From the NCBI GenBank assembly GCA_041659805.1, contig JBAZXP010000001.1, positions 64,589-128,588 of the forward strand: DNA of 64,000 nt. Reading direction: 5' to 3'. The position numbers and the translations under genes were made by a program. Shown here one piece after another: positions 1 through 13,000 of the stretch (position 1 is its first letter; the number at the start of each line of letters is the position of its first letter). The notes under the pieces were generated by a model. That model was given only the letters and a program-made list of their open reading frames with translations. It was not told the origin of the DNA and ran no database searches. The DNA is from Microgenomates group bacterium (GTDB taxonomy: Bacteria; Patescibacteriota; Microgenomatia; Daviesbacterales; UBA10151).

Positions 1-499
1 AATTCTACCGTCAGGGTCAAAGACCGGCTGTTGATTTAACCCTTTCCGTTTCCCGTGTGGGCCAACAAACCAGGACGAAACTAGCTAATCTGGTCGCTAC
101 CAGGGTTAAACAGGTACTTGCCAGGGCTGCCCAACTGGAATCAGTCAGCAGGTTTGCCTTTGAACTACCTTTTGCCACTCAATTAATCCTAAAACAAAAA
201 GACATGTTTACAGAGTTAAAAAACCAGGCTCCTTTAACAAATGTTACCCCTGAGGTTCAATTGATTTTAATGGCTTTGCCTTTTACCAATATGATGCAGG
301 ATAAAGATAAGATTTTTGTCAGACGTTATAAGGACTTGATCGTCAAAGCATTTATTGAGGATTCCGAACTTTCTGTTTTTGCCCAGAGCATTCTTAAATT
401 ACAAACCGATGATGAGCTGATTGATGCTCTTAATAACAACCCAGTTATGAAAAAGCTGGATCAGATTATTGCCGGTAAACCGATTACGCCAAAAGCCAT

Positions 500-503
<4 letters not shown>
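1..503 (+). CDS. atpA: F1 ATP synthase alpha subunit, C-terminal part; the gene starts upstream of the window
   Basis: Frame 3 is open from base 3. Translation FYRQGQRPAVDLTLSVSRVGQQT matches the conserved alpha-subunit 'RPAI(N/D)VGLSVSRVG' motif and C-terminal helical domain. It is followed by the gamma, beta and epsilon genes. Confidence 0.8.
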
Positions 504-2738
<2,235 letters not shown>

Positions 2739-2740
2739 AC

Positions 2741-3067
2741 ATGGCAACACCACCTCCTATCCCTCAATCAGCACTAGCCCCAAAACCAAAACCGCAACAG
2801 GAATTCTTAACCGTTAAGGTTCTTTCTCCGAAAATAGAATATTTTAACGGTCCTGCTGTATCGGTTTCGTCAGTTAATTCTGCAGGTCCTTTTGATATCT
2901 TACCGGAACACGGAAACTTTATTACCTTGGTGAAAAATATCCCCATTATTATCCGGCTGCCAAATAAACAAGAACGGAAGTTTACCTTTCCATTAGCGGT
3001 CTTTTATACAAAGAAAAATTTGGTCACTATTTTTACTGATATCCAGCTGGAAAGTCTTCCTGTTTAA
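2741..3067 (+). CDS. atpC: F1 ATP synthase epsilon subunit
   Basis: 108 aa, immediately after atpD. An N-terminal beta-sandwich-like sequence (LTVKVLSPKIEYFNGPAVSVS...DILPEHGNF) is typical of epsilon. Confidence 0.7.
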   Translation: MATPPPIPQSALAPKPKPQQEFLTVKVLSPKIEYFNGPAVSVSSVNSAGPFDILPEHGNFITLVKNIPIIIRLPNKQERKFTFPLAVFYTKKNLVTIFTDIQLESLPV

Positions 3068-3202
3068 TTTTTCAAACCTTTCCTAGGAATATTTTTTTCC
3101 TGTCCAATCGCCCATTTTACTTAAATCTTCAATTTAATCCATTCTTCTTATGCAATCTTTAACTTTGAGGCTAATTTTGCATAGAAAAAATCTACTTATA
3201 TC

Positions 3203-3232
3203 TTGACAAATCTATGCAAATTCTGACACTAT
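3203..3232 (+). promoter_or_regulatory. weak sigma70-like promoter candidate upstream of the giant gene
   Basis: TTGACA at 3203-3208 followed at an 18-bp spacing by the poor -10 CACTAT. Lies in the 212-bp AT-rich intergenic region after atpC. Confidence 0.2.
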
Positions 3233-3279
3233 GGATATAGACCTACTATATATTATATAGAGTTCAATTCGTTAAATTA

Positions 3280-6200
3280 ATGAAAGACTTGCCCAATAAA
3301 CAAACAAAAAAATTCGTTAAAATCGGTGAAGCTTCAGTTAAACTCGGCGTCTCAATTGATACTCTCCGCAGATGGGAAAAGGCAGGTAAAATAGAGATAA
3401 CCAGAACACCAGGTGGTACCAGACTTTACTCAATTTCCACTATTTCAAAACTAACTGAAATACCTAAAAAATATCAAAGAAAAACTGTCGACTATCCAAG
3501 AGTTCCTGTTATTGAACCGGCAAAAATAAAGGTTACGACTGTTGAGGATCTTTTAAACTTAAGCCGACAGGAAACAGAAAAACATCGCCAGACACCGTCA
3601 ACTGATCAAAAATGGCAGGAGTATGTAGATGAAAGAACAGTTAATCCGGTTGAAGTAACTATTTTATCTGAATCAGAGCTACCACAGGCTGTGGCTGAAA
3701 ATCATTCATCAAAAGCCATCAAAACATCATTCCTAGGAAACAAAATTTACAAGTTAACAGCCACAGCTTTTACAGGAACATTAATCATGATAATTCTAGC
3801 TTTTTTAGTTTTAGCCAGAACTTCAAACTTTAATATCTTTAATACAGCTAAAAACAATCAACTCTCAACTGCAAGCCAATCATCATCTACCCTACCTTCT
3901 AATGTTTTGGCTACCTCTACCAGCGGCTGGTATCTGGATTTTGATTCAGATGTAATCATCGAAGGTGACTTGGCTGTTGGTGGAAGCATTAATAAACTAA
4001 CGCTCGCTCCTAATGCAGATGGCTTTAGCATTTCAGGTGGTGATACTGCCAACCGGAAAATGACTGTTATCGGCGGAGATGTAACCTTAGACCAGGATGT
4101 TTCAACAAACGGCTCTCCCAGTTTCCAGGCCTTAGATCTTCCGGCAACATCTAAGCAAATCACTATGGGTGGAGCAGGAACTTTAACATGGACACCCACA
4201 GGCACTCAAACAATTACTTTTCCAAACGCAACAGGCACAGTCCTGCTTGATTCAGCTACTCAAACTATAACAAACAAGACTATTTCCGGTGGGTCTAATA
4301 CTCTTTCTGCTATCCCCAATTCAGCTTTATCCAACAATAAAATTACAATCTCTGCAGGAACTAACCTTTCAGGCGGTGGTGATATTTCTTTAGGCAGTTC
4401 AGGAACTCTTTCTTTAGAGGATGATATTTCCCTGTCCACAGTAACTGCAACATCCTATCTATCTCTAGGTCAAACTAGTGCACCTTCAACCGCAACCGAT
4501 AAACTTTATAATATAGCAGGCTCACTTTACTGGAATGGAACGGATCTTTCTGCTTCTGGTGGCAGCGTTCCTTCAGTTAATGGCTTAATCGGAGCCTTAA
4601 CAATTGCAGGTGGTGGAATTAATTCTGTTTCAGCCCTCGGAACCACTATTACTATAACTGGTACAGAAGCAGATACTTTGGCCAGCGTGACTGCCAGAGG
4701 GGCTACCACAACTGATGCAGTTACATTCTCCTCCACTATTAACTCCAATACTTTTACTTCCACTGCTTTAACCTTTGCAGGTGCTTCCCCTGCCATCTCT
4801 GCTTCCACCGGCGGAACAAGTATTTTTCTTGACGCCGGAACAAGTGGTAAAGTAGTAATCGCCGGAACATCTACAGGGGACGTTGATATTGCCGGCGGAT
4901 CTGGAACCACTGGTTGTACTATTGTTAATGCCACCGGAGATTTGAGCTGTTCCGGAAACATCAGTGGTGGTTCTACAGGAACTGCTGGTTTCTGGGGTAG
5001 GGCTGGTACTACTTTATCTCCAGCAACGGCGGGAGACAACATTACTACAACTGGAGCAATTTCCACAACCGGCACTGGCACTTTATCAATTGCTGGTGCA
5101 GCAACTTTTTCTTCCACTATCAACAGCAATACTTTTACATCCACTGCCCTAACTTTTGCCGGTACCACTCCTATCGTTTCTGCTTCAACTGCAGCTACTG
5201 ATATTTCCTTAAATCCAGGAGCTGGTGGAAATGTACAACTTGCTGGAGGATCTGCTTCATTTGGATGTACAATAAATGACACCACAGGTGATTTAACTTG
5301 TACAGGAGCGATTGCCAGCGGAGGAACAGGAGTGGTTGGATACTGGCAAACAGATGGCGGGTCTCCGCCGACGCTCTCCCCGGCCACGACCGGAGGACAT
5401 ATTACCACTTCAGGTAATATGTATACCTCTGGCACAGGCACAATCACTTCAGGAGGATTACTTACCGGTCAGACCGGTTTAACCGTTTCTGGAGGTGCTA
5501 TTTCTTTAAATGCTTCTTCAAATTATGACACTAATATTAATACTGGTACTTCTACTGGAGCAATTTCTATTGGTAATTCTGCAGCTGGCGCAATATCAAT
5601 GCAATCAGGCGCAGCTTCAACTTTTGCTGCCCCAGCCAATACTGCCACAGCTTTTAGGTTTACTGATGGCACAAATGCATATCTTAACCTTGATACAAGG
5701 AATACTTTATCTGGAGTTTCAGCTTTAACGCTTTCTGCAGGAACCGCCCCAACAATTACATCTGCTTCTAATGCTGAATTTACCACTTTAACCACCACTC
5801 CCCCAACTATCACCTTAACTGGCACTACTCAAGTAACCTCCCAAATGGATTCCATTTTATTTAATGCCCCAACCATCACTGACTCTTCTGCCTTAACAGT
5901 TGATAAAGCTGCATCTGTATCTATTGCAGGCGCACCTGTCTCAGGAGCAACAGGATTAGTCACTCTCACTGACTCCTATGCGCTCAAGGTAAATACAGCT
6001 TCTGTTGATGGTGGAACAGGCACTGTTACAAATTCCTTTGGTATTTCTGTTGACGCACCAACCGGAGCTACTAATAATTATGCTGCCACTTTTAATGGAG
6101 GAAACGTGGGAATTGGAACTACTGCACCTACTGCCCTTCTTTCTGTAGGGGCAACTTCCCAATTCCAGGTTAATTCATCCGGAGCCATAGCTGCCTCAAC

Positions 6201-9200
6201 TGGAATTTCAAACTCTGGAGGTTACACCCAATCCGGAACAACTGCCAATACCTTCACAGGAACTTCTACTTTTTCCAATGCCACTTATTCAGCTTTCTTT
6301 ACAGGAGGTAATGTGGGAATTGGCACTACAGCTCCTATTGGAAGATTGGATGTAACTGATACTTCTAACACAGCTGCTTCCCTATCCTTAACCAATAATA
6401 CAGCTACCACTATTGGAAACGGTGCTAATACTCTGGGGGTAATCGATCTACAATCAACCTCCTTAACTACTGGTAACTTTTTAAATGTAGAACTCAATGC
6501 CTTATCTTCTGGTAAAGGTTTCAACCTAACTTCAACCTCTACCGCTCTTTCATCCGGCTCGCTTGCCTCTTTAGATTGGAGTCCAACAGGTTCTACCACA
6601 ATTTATGCAACAGGCGATCTTTTTAGTATCAATGCTGGCCAATATGGATCTGTTGGTAACTTTTTTAATATCAAAGATAACGGCACATCTGTTTTCTCTA
6701 TTTCCCAACAGGCTTTAACAACTAGCTTGCCAGCTGCTTTTAATGCTCCTGGTGATGTATCCATTGCCTATGATATTAATTTTACTAACCCCACAGCTTC
6801 CTACCTTAAATCTCAAGCCCCACTTTATATAACACCAGGAGAAATTTTTAATTCTTCTGATTTGGTCTTATCTACCTATAATCAAGGCAGCATCATTTTA
6901 AGCAAAGATTTTACATCAACAGCTGCTGTTACTAATTATTTATCCCAAATCAATGGTTCTGATGTAACAGCCATTGCTAATACCAATTATGGTCTGTATT
7001 CTTCAATCACCCACACAGGCAATGCTGCCAAAACTGGTGTTGGATTATATTCCACCCTTTCCACATCCTCAACCACAGCAGATACTTTAATAGCTTCTGA
7101 TTTAGCCACATCCACCTCTGGAATCATGACTACTGGCACCAGAAATATCTATGGTTTGAGATCTCAGCCTGCTTCAACTGGTGCCTCAACTGGAGGAACT
7201 ACCAATGTTTATGGAGGATATCTTAAATCAGGCGGAACAGTCGGAGTGGGCGGAACTATTAATTCTTACGGAATGTATATTGCTAACGGCACCATGAGTA
7301 CTACAGGACTTTCCACCAACACAGGCCTTTATGTCGAATCGCCTACTGGGGCAGATAACAACTATGCAGCTATTTTTGCTGGTGGAAATGTGGGAATAGG
7401 CACAACTGCTCCTGCTGCCCTCTTTTCTGTAGGTTCAACCTCTCAATTTCAGGTTTCTTCTGCTGGAGCAGTTACTGCTGTAGGATTAAATTCAGGCTCA
7501 GGATTATTACAGGGTACTGGTGGTTTAACCCTAACAGGCACAACGCTTTTGAATACCACTGGTACTGCTGCTACCAGTATTGGTAATTCCACAGGAATAC
7601 TAACTTTAGCCTCAGGTGGAACGTCTGCTTGGACAAATACTTCTGGAAACTTAACTATCTCCACAGCTACATCTGGAATTTTAGCCTTAACTTCTGCAGG
7701 AGCTTTGAACCTAACTTCTGGAGCGGCTTCCACCTGGACTCTACCTGCTACTACAGTTAATGCTTTGAATATTGGATCTAATTTATTAACTTTTGATACA
7801 CAAAACTCCAGAATTGGGATTGGGACCACTGCTCCAGGAGCCAATCTAGATGTAGCTGGCAATATTATGCTTTCAGATGGAAATAATGATGCAATTACAT
7901 TCAATAATAGTTATGTACAAATTTATAGGAATGCCAGTATGATGCAATTTAATGCTTATACAGGCTGGGCTTTTTATGATACCCAAGGCTCAGCTGAGAG
8001 AGTCAGAATAACTAATGCAGGTGATGTGGGTATCGGGATAACAGCACCTATAGAGGTATCTGCTGGCAGAACATATCTTTCAATAAAAGGATCTACTGGA
8101 GCTGGAGCTCTGGAATTGTCTACTGCTCAAGCTGATGCAGATGCTGTAACTAATGGAGTTATTCAATTTACTGATGTTAACTCAACAGCAACAGATAAGC
8201 GTACTGCAATAATCCAGTCTTATTTATCAGGAGCAACTGGAAATAATCGCGGAGGCAGATTAGTTTTCAAGACTAAACCTGATGGCGTAGATAGTTTACC
8301 TGACCGCCTTACGATAGAACAAAATGGGAATGTCGGAATTGGTACAACAGCCCCTGCTAGATCTTTGGAAACAACAGGATCAATCAGAATGGGACCATTG
8401 ATTACAGGTGGAGGCTCAGCTGTGGCTATGTACAGAGATGCCAATGGCGATTTGGCAGATTCAACCTCCAGTATTAAGTTTAAAACAGATCTTACAGCTT
8501 ACCCTTCTGTTTTAGAAAAAGTATTGCAACTTAATGCAGTTAACTTTAAATGGAACGAGCTTACTCCTACCCCAGGAGCAAATGATTTTGGAATGATTGC
8601 AGAACAGGTAAATACTATTATTCCTGATTTGGTAATTTATGATGCTGACGGTGTAACACCCCACGGATTAAAGTATGACAAAATGGGGTTTGTTGCCTTA
8701 AAAGCTATCCAGGAACTAAATACTAAAGTTAACAGTTTTAATCTGACATTTGATGAAAATGGCAATGTCATTCTACCTAAAGTTAAAATCGACCAATTAG
8801 TTCTTTCGTCTGATATTCCTGTAAACGGCCAACAACAAAATTATTTCGATGTGGCTGGTAAAATAGCCGAACAAAATGCGGCACTATCTACTCAATCTAC
8901 TGAACTTGCCAAAACACAGTCACAACTTGATGTATTATCTGCCTCTGTTTCTTCTGCTTCAGCCAATCTATCTTCTGCTTCTGCAGAAATTGCTTCAGCC
9001 AGAGAACAAATTTCCTCCACCTCAAGTAGTCTTGCTTCCTTAAGAGAGGAGATCGAAGGATTAAAGCTAACTCCTCCGGAAGTTTTGCTCTCAACAGTCT
9101 CTGCTCAATTAACTGATCTTAATGTCACATCTGAGGCTACCTTCTCAGGAAAACTAACAGCTTATGAAGCAACCATATCTGATACTTTTAAATCTCTGGG

Positions 9201-9627
9201 CAATTCATTCCTGGGTAACACCACTATAGCAGGTGACTTCTCTATTGACGGAACATTATCTCTAACAGGTAGTTCCTTAAGTACAATTGATACCTTATAT
9301 GTTCAAAATAAACCTCTGGCAGGAGATGTTGATTTCTTTAATGGACAAGTCATAATTGATAAAACGGGTAAATTAACTGCTCAAAAAATAGTCTTACCTT
9401 CTGAAGTATTAGGTGAAGCAACTATTCCTGCTAATACCGTAGAAATACCTATCTTCACTACAGCTGTAACAGGTAAATCAAAGATATTCTTAACACCAAG
9501 CTCCTCTACTGGTGGTCAGGCTGTTATCCTTGGAGAAGTCCTCCCTGGTACAGGATTTGTGGCTAAACTAGATCACAGTATAAGTGCAGACATTAAACTT
9601 AATTGGGTAATATTTGATCAACAATAA
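3280..9627 (+). CDS. giant (2115 aa) membrane-anchored surface fibre protein. Domains in order: N-terminal MerR/excisionase-type HTH, single TM helix, Ser/Thr/Gly-rich tail-fibre-like repeats (GNVGIGTTAP motif repeated about 6 times), C-terminal intramolecular chaperone (Peptidase S74) domain, coiled coil.
   Basis: N-terminus KIGEASVKLGVSIDTLRRWEKAGKI is a HTH_17/MerR-like DNA-binding motif. A hydrophobic helix TGTLIMIILAFLVLA lies about 160 aa in. The GGNVGIGTTAP..L.VG motif recurs. The C-terminus SIKFKTDLTAYPSVLEKVLQLNAVNFKW...GMIAEQV..IIPDLV matches the endosialidase-chaperone/S74 consensus. A Ser/Ala-rich coiled coil (LSSASAEIASAREQISS) follows. Confidence 0.75.
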   Translation: MKDLPNKQTKKFVKIGEASVKLGVSIDTLRRWEKAGKIEITRTPGGTRLYSISTISKLTEIPKKYQRKTVDYPRVPVIEPAKIKVTTVEDLLNLSRQETEKHRQTPSTDQKWQEYVDERTVNPVEVTILSESELPQAVAENHSSKAIKTSFLGNKIYKLTATAFTGTLIMIILAFLVLARTSNFNIFNTAKNNQLSTASQSSSTLPSNVLATSTSGWYLDFDSDVIIEGDLAVGGSINKLTLAPNADGFSISGGDTANRKMTVIGGDVTLDQDVSTNGSPSFQALDLPATSKQITMGGAGTLTWTPTGTQTITFPNATGTVLLDSATQTITNKTISGGSNTLSAIPNSALSNNKITISAGTNLSGGGDISLGSSGTLSLEDDISLSTVTATSYLSLGQTSAPSTATDKLYNIAGSLYWNGTDLSASGGSVPSVNGLIGALTIAGGGINSVSALGTTITITGTEADTLASVTARGATTTDAVTFSSTINSNTFTSTALTFAGASPAISASTGGTSIFLDAGTSGKVVIAGTSTGDVDIAGGSGTTGCTIVNATGDLSCSGNISGGSTGTAGFWGRAGTTLSPATAGDNITTTGAISTTGTGTLSIAGAATFSSTINSNTFTSTALTFAGTTPIVSASTAATDISLNPGAGGNVQLAGGSASFGCTINDTTGDLTCTGAIASGGTGVVGYWQTDGGSPPTLSPATTGGHITTSGNMYTSGTGTITSGGLLTGQTGLTVSGGAISLNASSNYDTNINTGTSTGAISIGNSAAGAISMQSGAASTFAAPANTATAFRFTDGTNAYLNLDTRNTLSGVSALTLSAGTAPTITSASNAEFTTLTTTPPTITLTGTTQVTSQMDSILFNAPTITDSSALTVDKAASVSIAGAPVSGATGLVTLTDSYALKVNTASVDGGTGTVTNSFGISVDAPTGATNNYAATFNGGNVGIGTTAPTALLSVGATSQFQVNSSGAIAASTGISNSGGYTQSGTTANTFTGTSTFSNATYSAFFTGGNVGIGTTAPIGRLDVTDTSNTAASLSLTNNTATTIGNGANTLGVIDLQSTSLTTGNFLNVELNALSSGKGFNLTSTSTALSSGSLASLDWSPTGSTTIYATGDLFSINAGQYGSVGNFFNIKDNGTSVFSISQQALTTSLPAAFNAPGDVSIAYDINFTNPTASYLKSQAPLYITPGEIFNSSDLVLSTYNQGSIILSKDFTSTAAVTNYLSQINGSDVTAIANTNYGLYSSITHTGNAAKTGVGLYSTLSTSSTTADTLIASDLATSTSGIMTTGTRNIYGLRSQPASTGASTGGTTNVYGGYLKSGGTVGVGGTINSYGMYIANGTMSTTGLSTNTGLYVESPTGADNNYAAIFAGGNVGIGTTAPAALFSVGSTSQFQVSSAGAVTAVGLNSGSGLLQGTGGLTLTGTTLLNTTGTAATSIGNSTGILTLASGGTSAWTNTSGNLTISTATSGILALTSAGALNLTSGAASTWTLPATTVNALNIGSNLLTFDTQNSRIGIGTTAPGANLDVAGNIMLSDGNNDAITFNNSYVQIYRNASMMQFNAYTGWAFYDTQGSAERVRITNAGDVGIGITAPIEVSAGRTYLSIKGSTGAGALELSTAQADADAVTNGVIQFTDVNSTATDKRTAIIQSYLSGATGNNRGGRLVFKTKPDGVDSLPDRLTIEQNGNVGIGTTAPARSLETTGSIRMGPLITGGGSAVAMYRDANGDLADSTSSIKFKTDLTAYPSVLEKVLQLNAVNFKWNELTPTPGANDFGMIAEQVNTIIPDLVIYDADGVTPHGLKYDKMGFVALKAIQELNTKVNSFNLTFDENGNVILPKVKIDQLVLSSDIPVNGQQQNYFDVAGKIAEQNAALSTQSTELAKTQSQLDVLSASVSSASANLSSASAEIASAREQISSTSSSLASLREEIEGLKLTPPEVLLSTVSAQLTDLNVTSEATFSGKLTAYEATISDTFKSLGNSFLGNTTIAGDFSIDGTLSLTGSSLSTIDTLYVQNKPLAGDVDFFNGQVIIDKTGKLTAQKIVLPSEVLGEATIPANTVEIPIFTTAVTGKSKIFLTPSSSTGGQAVILGEVLPGTGFVAKLDHSISADIKLNWVIFDQQ

Positions 9628-9666
9628 TTTATTGTGATGAAAATTGATAATTATATTTTTTATCTT

Positions 9667-10016
9667 GCGTCTTTGGTGGCAAAGACGCCCAAAGCCACTT
9701 TGACGGGAAGTCGCGCTAAATTCTGTGGCTCACTAGCCGGGGGAAAGCCTCCCCCTCACAATTTCTTTGTGGCATCCCCCTGGCAGTTTCGCCTTGAATT
9801 CTTAACGCGCTTGTTCCTAGTCAAAGAACGAATAGAAGTTTATATATTTTTATTGCCCGCTTGGAATGAAAAGCGTAAAAATCGAACCAAGCCAATATTA
9901 GGGGGAGGTCCGAACCCTTTCGGAGGGGGCAAACTTTCCCCCGATAAATTGGCGAGGAGAGATTAGCTTTTCTTCCGTGGGCAGAGTTTTACCACGCTTT
10001 TGCGGTCAAAAGCGTG
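9667..10016. other. GC-rich structured intergenic element bracketed by two related perfect hairpins (9667-9688: GCGTCTTTG-GTGG-CAAAGACGC; 9993-10016: CACGCTTTTG-CGGT-CAAAAGCGTG). Several internal GGGGG/CCCCC stem-loops. Candidate ncRNA, or MITE-like element and terminator.
   Basis: Palindromes read directly from the sequence. Local GC is much higher than the flanks. The 110-aa ORF called here (9634..9966) has no protein-like composition. Confidence 0.4.
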
Positions 10017-10041
10017 AACAATAAAAATTGAGCTTTAAAAA

Positions 10042-13000
10042 TTGAAAATTATGAGTAAATTAAACAAAAATTTTAGAATAAAGAAAAAACTCTTTTTTAC
10101 TATTTTAGCCCTTTGTATAGGGATAATTGCCTTCTGGAAATTTAGTAATCCTGCTGTTGCTTCCTGGTGGGATGATAATTGGGCTTTTAGAAAATCCATT
10201 GCTATTACTGCCCATACTGCCTCTGAGAATAATGTATATATTAATTTAACAGGGGCAAACGATTTAGATACCTCTGATACCACCAGATTTCAAACTGATT
10301 GTGGAGATTTAAGATTTACCAAGGAGAATGGAGAATTACTCCCCTATTATGTTGTTTCAGGCTGTGGCACAGCTTCTACTGTAGTCCATGTTAATTTTGA
10401 TACTTTCCCAGCAGGAGCACAAACAATCTATGTTTATTATGGTAACTCCTCTGCTGCTGATGGTTTTAATTTAACTGATTTTTCTACAGAAGCTTCCAAC
10501 TACACTATTGGTTCCCAGGGCTCTGAAGAAAAAACACCTGGGATTATTGCTTATTGGCAATTTGATGAAGGACAAGGTATTTCTGTTAAGGACTCCTCTC
10601 CTAATTCTGCTAATGCCACGCTTGCCGCAGGAGACGGAACTGCACCTACAGGTACGACTAATCCTACTTATAATAGTTCTACAGGCGCTCCTGATACGGG
10701 AGATGGGGCTGACGGAGCTTGTACTGTTTCCTCTGATACCAATATCAACACAGCTTCTTGTGCTGGCAGAGGCACAGCTGATGCTATTAATTTTTCTTCT
10801 ACTGTTGATACCAGTGCAGCTTCTACCTCTATCAAACTCTCTGCAACATCCACAGGTTTAGCTGTCGGCGATGAGATATTAATTATTAACTTAAAAGGAA
10901 CTGCAGCAGTTCCTTCAGATGCAGGAGAATTTGAAACTAAAACTATTACTTCAATTACTACTACCACTAATCCGGATGACACTTTAAACTTTGCCAGTGG
11001 TTTAACAAATGCTTATGCAGGCACCACCCAAAAAATTATGGTTCAGAGGGTTCCAAATTATACAACTGTCACAGTCAATAGTGGCCAAACTATGACTGCA
11101 GCTGCCTTTGATGGGACAAAAAACGGGGTAATCTTTTTTAGGGCAACCGGAGCAGTAACTGTCACAGGTTCTATCAGTATGAGCGGTAAGGGCTTTACTG
11201 GTGGAGCAGCTCAAACTGCACATGTTAGTAAAGGTGGCAATGGCGGTACAACCTATAATGGCACTGGTGGAAACGGTGGAAATGCAGCCGTGAATGGTAC
11301 GAGTGGTCAAGGAGGTGGTGGAGGTGCAGGTGCTTTATGCCAGGCATCCGATAAAAACGGCTGTTACCAATGGGCTACCGGAGGAACTGGTACAACTGGA
11401 GGCGCAGGAGGTGGTGGTGGAGGCCATTATTCTGCTGCAGGGGGTGGAGGTGGATATGGAACAATCGGCACTGGAGGAGGCAGTTATGATGGAAATTATA
11501 ACGGCTCCCCAGGATCAGGCACTACTGGTGGTAATGGTGCCAGCTCTAATAGTAATAATATCGCTGGTGGTGGAGGTGGAGGTGGTACTTATGGAACTGC
11601 TACTTTAAGTACCTTATTTATGGGAAGTGGAGGCGCTAGCGGTGCAACTTATAGTCAAGCTGGCGATAGTGGCGCAGGAGGAGCTGGAGGCGGAATTATC
11701 TCAATTAACGGTGCAACTATAACAATAACAGGGAGTGTTGTCAGTAATGGTGCTGCTGGAGGTAATGGGGTTAATGATAATGCTTCCGGTGGTGGTGGCG
11801 CCGGTGGTTCAGTTGCTATTAATGGTTTGACAATTGCCTTAGGCTCATCTCTAGTGACAGCTACAGGAGGTGGAGGTGGGACTGTCTGGACTACAGGAGG
11901 AGCTGGAGGAGATGGACGAATAGCAGTTGGCTCTGGCGGTAATAGTCCTACCTGGAAATCAGAGGAATGGTGTATTTCGGGCAAGTGTCTATTTTTTGAT
12001 GGTACATCCTCAAATATTAAAGTTGCAAATGCTATAAATGGAATCCAAACAATCTCTATGTGGGTTAAACCCACTTCCCTCACCACTGGCGCCTTAATTG
12101 ATCTTGACGGCGGTACACATAAAATAACCTTTTCCAATGGAACTCTTTCTACCTCTGGCTTTACCGGTACTACAACCTTTTATGTTAATGGTAAAGTCTC
12201 CTCCACTTTAACCATTGATACCTGGCAATATGTTACAGTAACCACAACGAATGGTTTCAACAGCACTTCCTCTCTAACAATTGCTAAATCAAGCTCAACT
12301 TATTTACAGGGTTTTATTGATGATGTCAAAATATATAACTATGCCAAGACTGCAGCTCAAATTGCTACTGACTTACAAAAAGTTCAATCAAATATGGGTT
12401 CTGGCGAAGTTTTGGGTAACAAGCTAATTGATCCTCTATCTACAGGTTTGCTTGGTTATTGGAAAATGGATGAACTATCAGGCACAACCACAGTTTCAGA
12501 TTCTTACAGAAGCCACACAGGAACCTCTACTTCCAGCACCAATGTCACAACAGGCAAATTTGGCAATGCCAGAAGCTTTAATGGCAGCCAATATATTTCT
12601 GTTACTCACAACTCCAGTTTAAGCCCGTCTGCTATCACCATCTCTGCCTGGGTTTATACCACTTCCCAACCAGGAGTCGGCACCTCATATCAGTTTGTGG
12701 AAAAAAGCGCAAATGACAGTTACCGTTACAGGGTTAATGCCGGAGGAACTATTGGTGTATTTGATCAGGGCTGTGGTATTAGCTGTCTATCTTCACCCGG
12801 TAATATTCCATTAAATCAATGGAATCATGTAGTCTATACAGGTGACTCAACGGGCTTAAAAATGTATCTGAACGGTTCTTTGGTTGCCAGTAATTCTACA
12901 GCTTATAGTGGTGGGGCTGCCAACACCAATAATTTATTAATTGGGGGCTCTTATTTTGGCACTGCTGAGTATATGATTGGGAACATTGATGAGGTCAGGC

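Noticed and set aside
3858-8444. Multiple antisense and out-of-frame ORFs (3858..4205, 4527..5447, 5523..5825, 6285..6599, 7449..7904, 8220..8444, 4964..5152, 5510..5728) inside the first giant gene
   Set aside because: They lie wholly within a long, motif-rich ORF on the other strand or frame. Their translations are low-complexity Pro/Val/Ala strings, typical of shadow ORFs of repetitive Gly/Thr/Ser-coding DNA.
3280-9627. Interpreting the first giant protein as part of a prophage (tail fibre)
   Set aside because: No capsid, terminase, tail tube or integrase genes flank it. It sits directly after the ATP-synthase operon and before another cellular giant protein. The tail-fibre-like module appears domesticated.
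9634-9966. 110-aa ORF in the GC-rich spacer
   Set aside because: Composition (poly-Gly/Pro, no hydrophobic core) and dense palindromes argue for structured RNA or DNA rather than protein. No RBS context.
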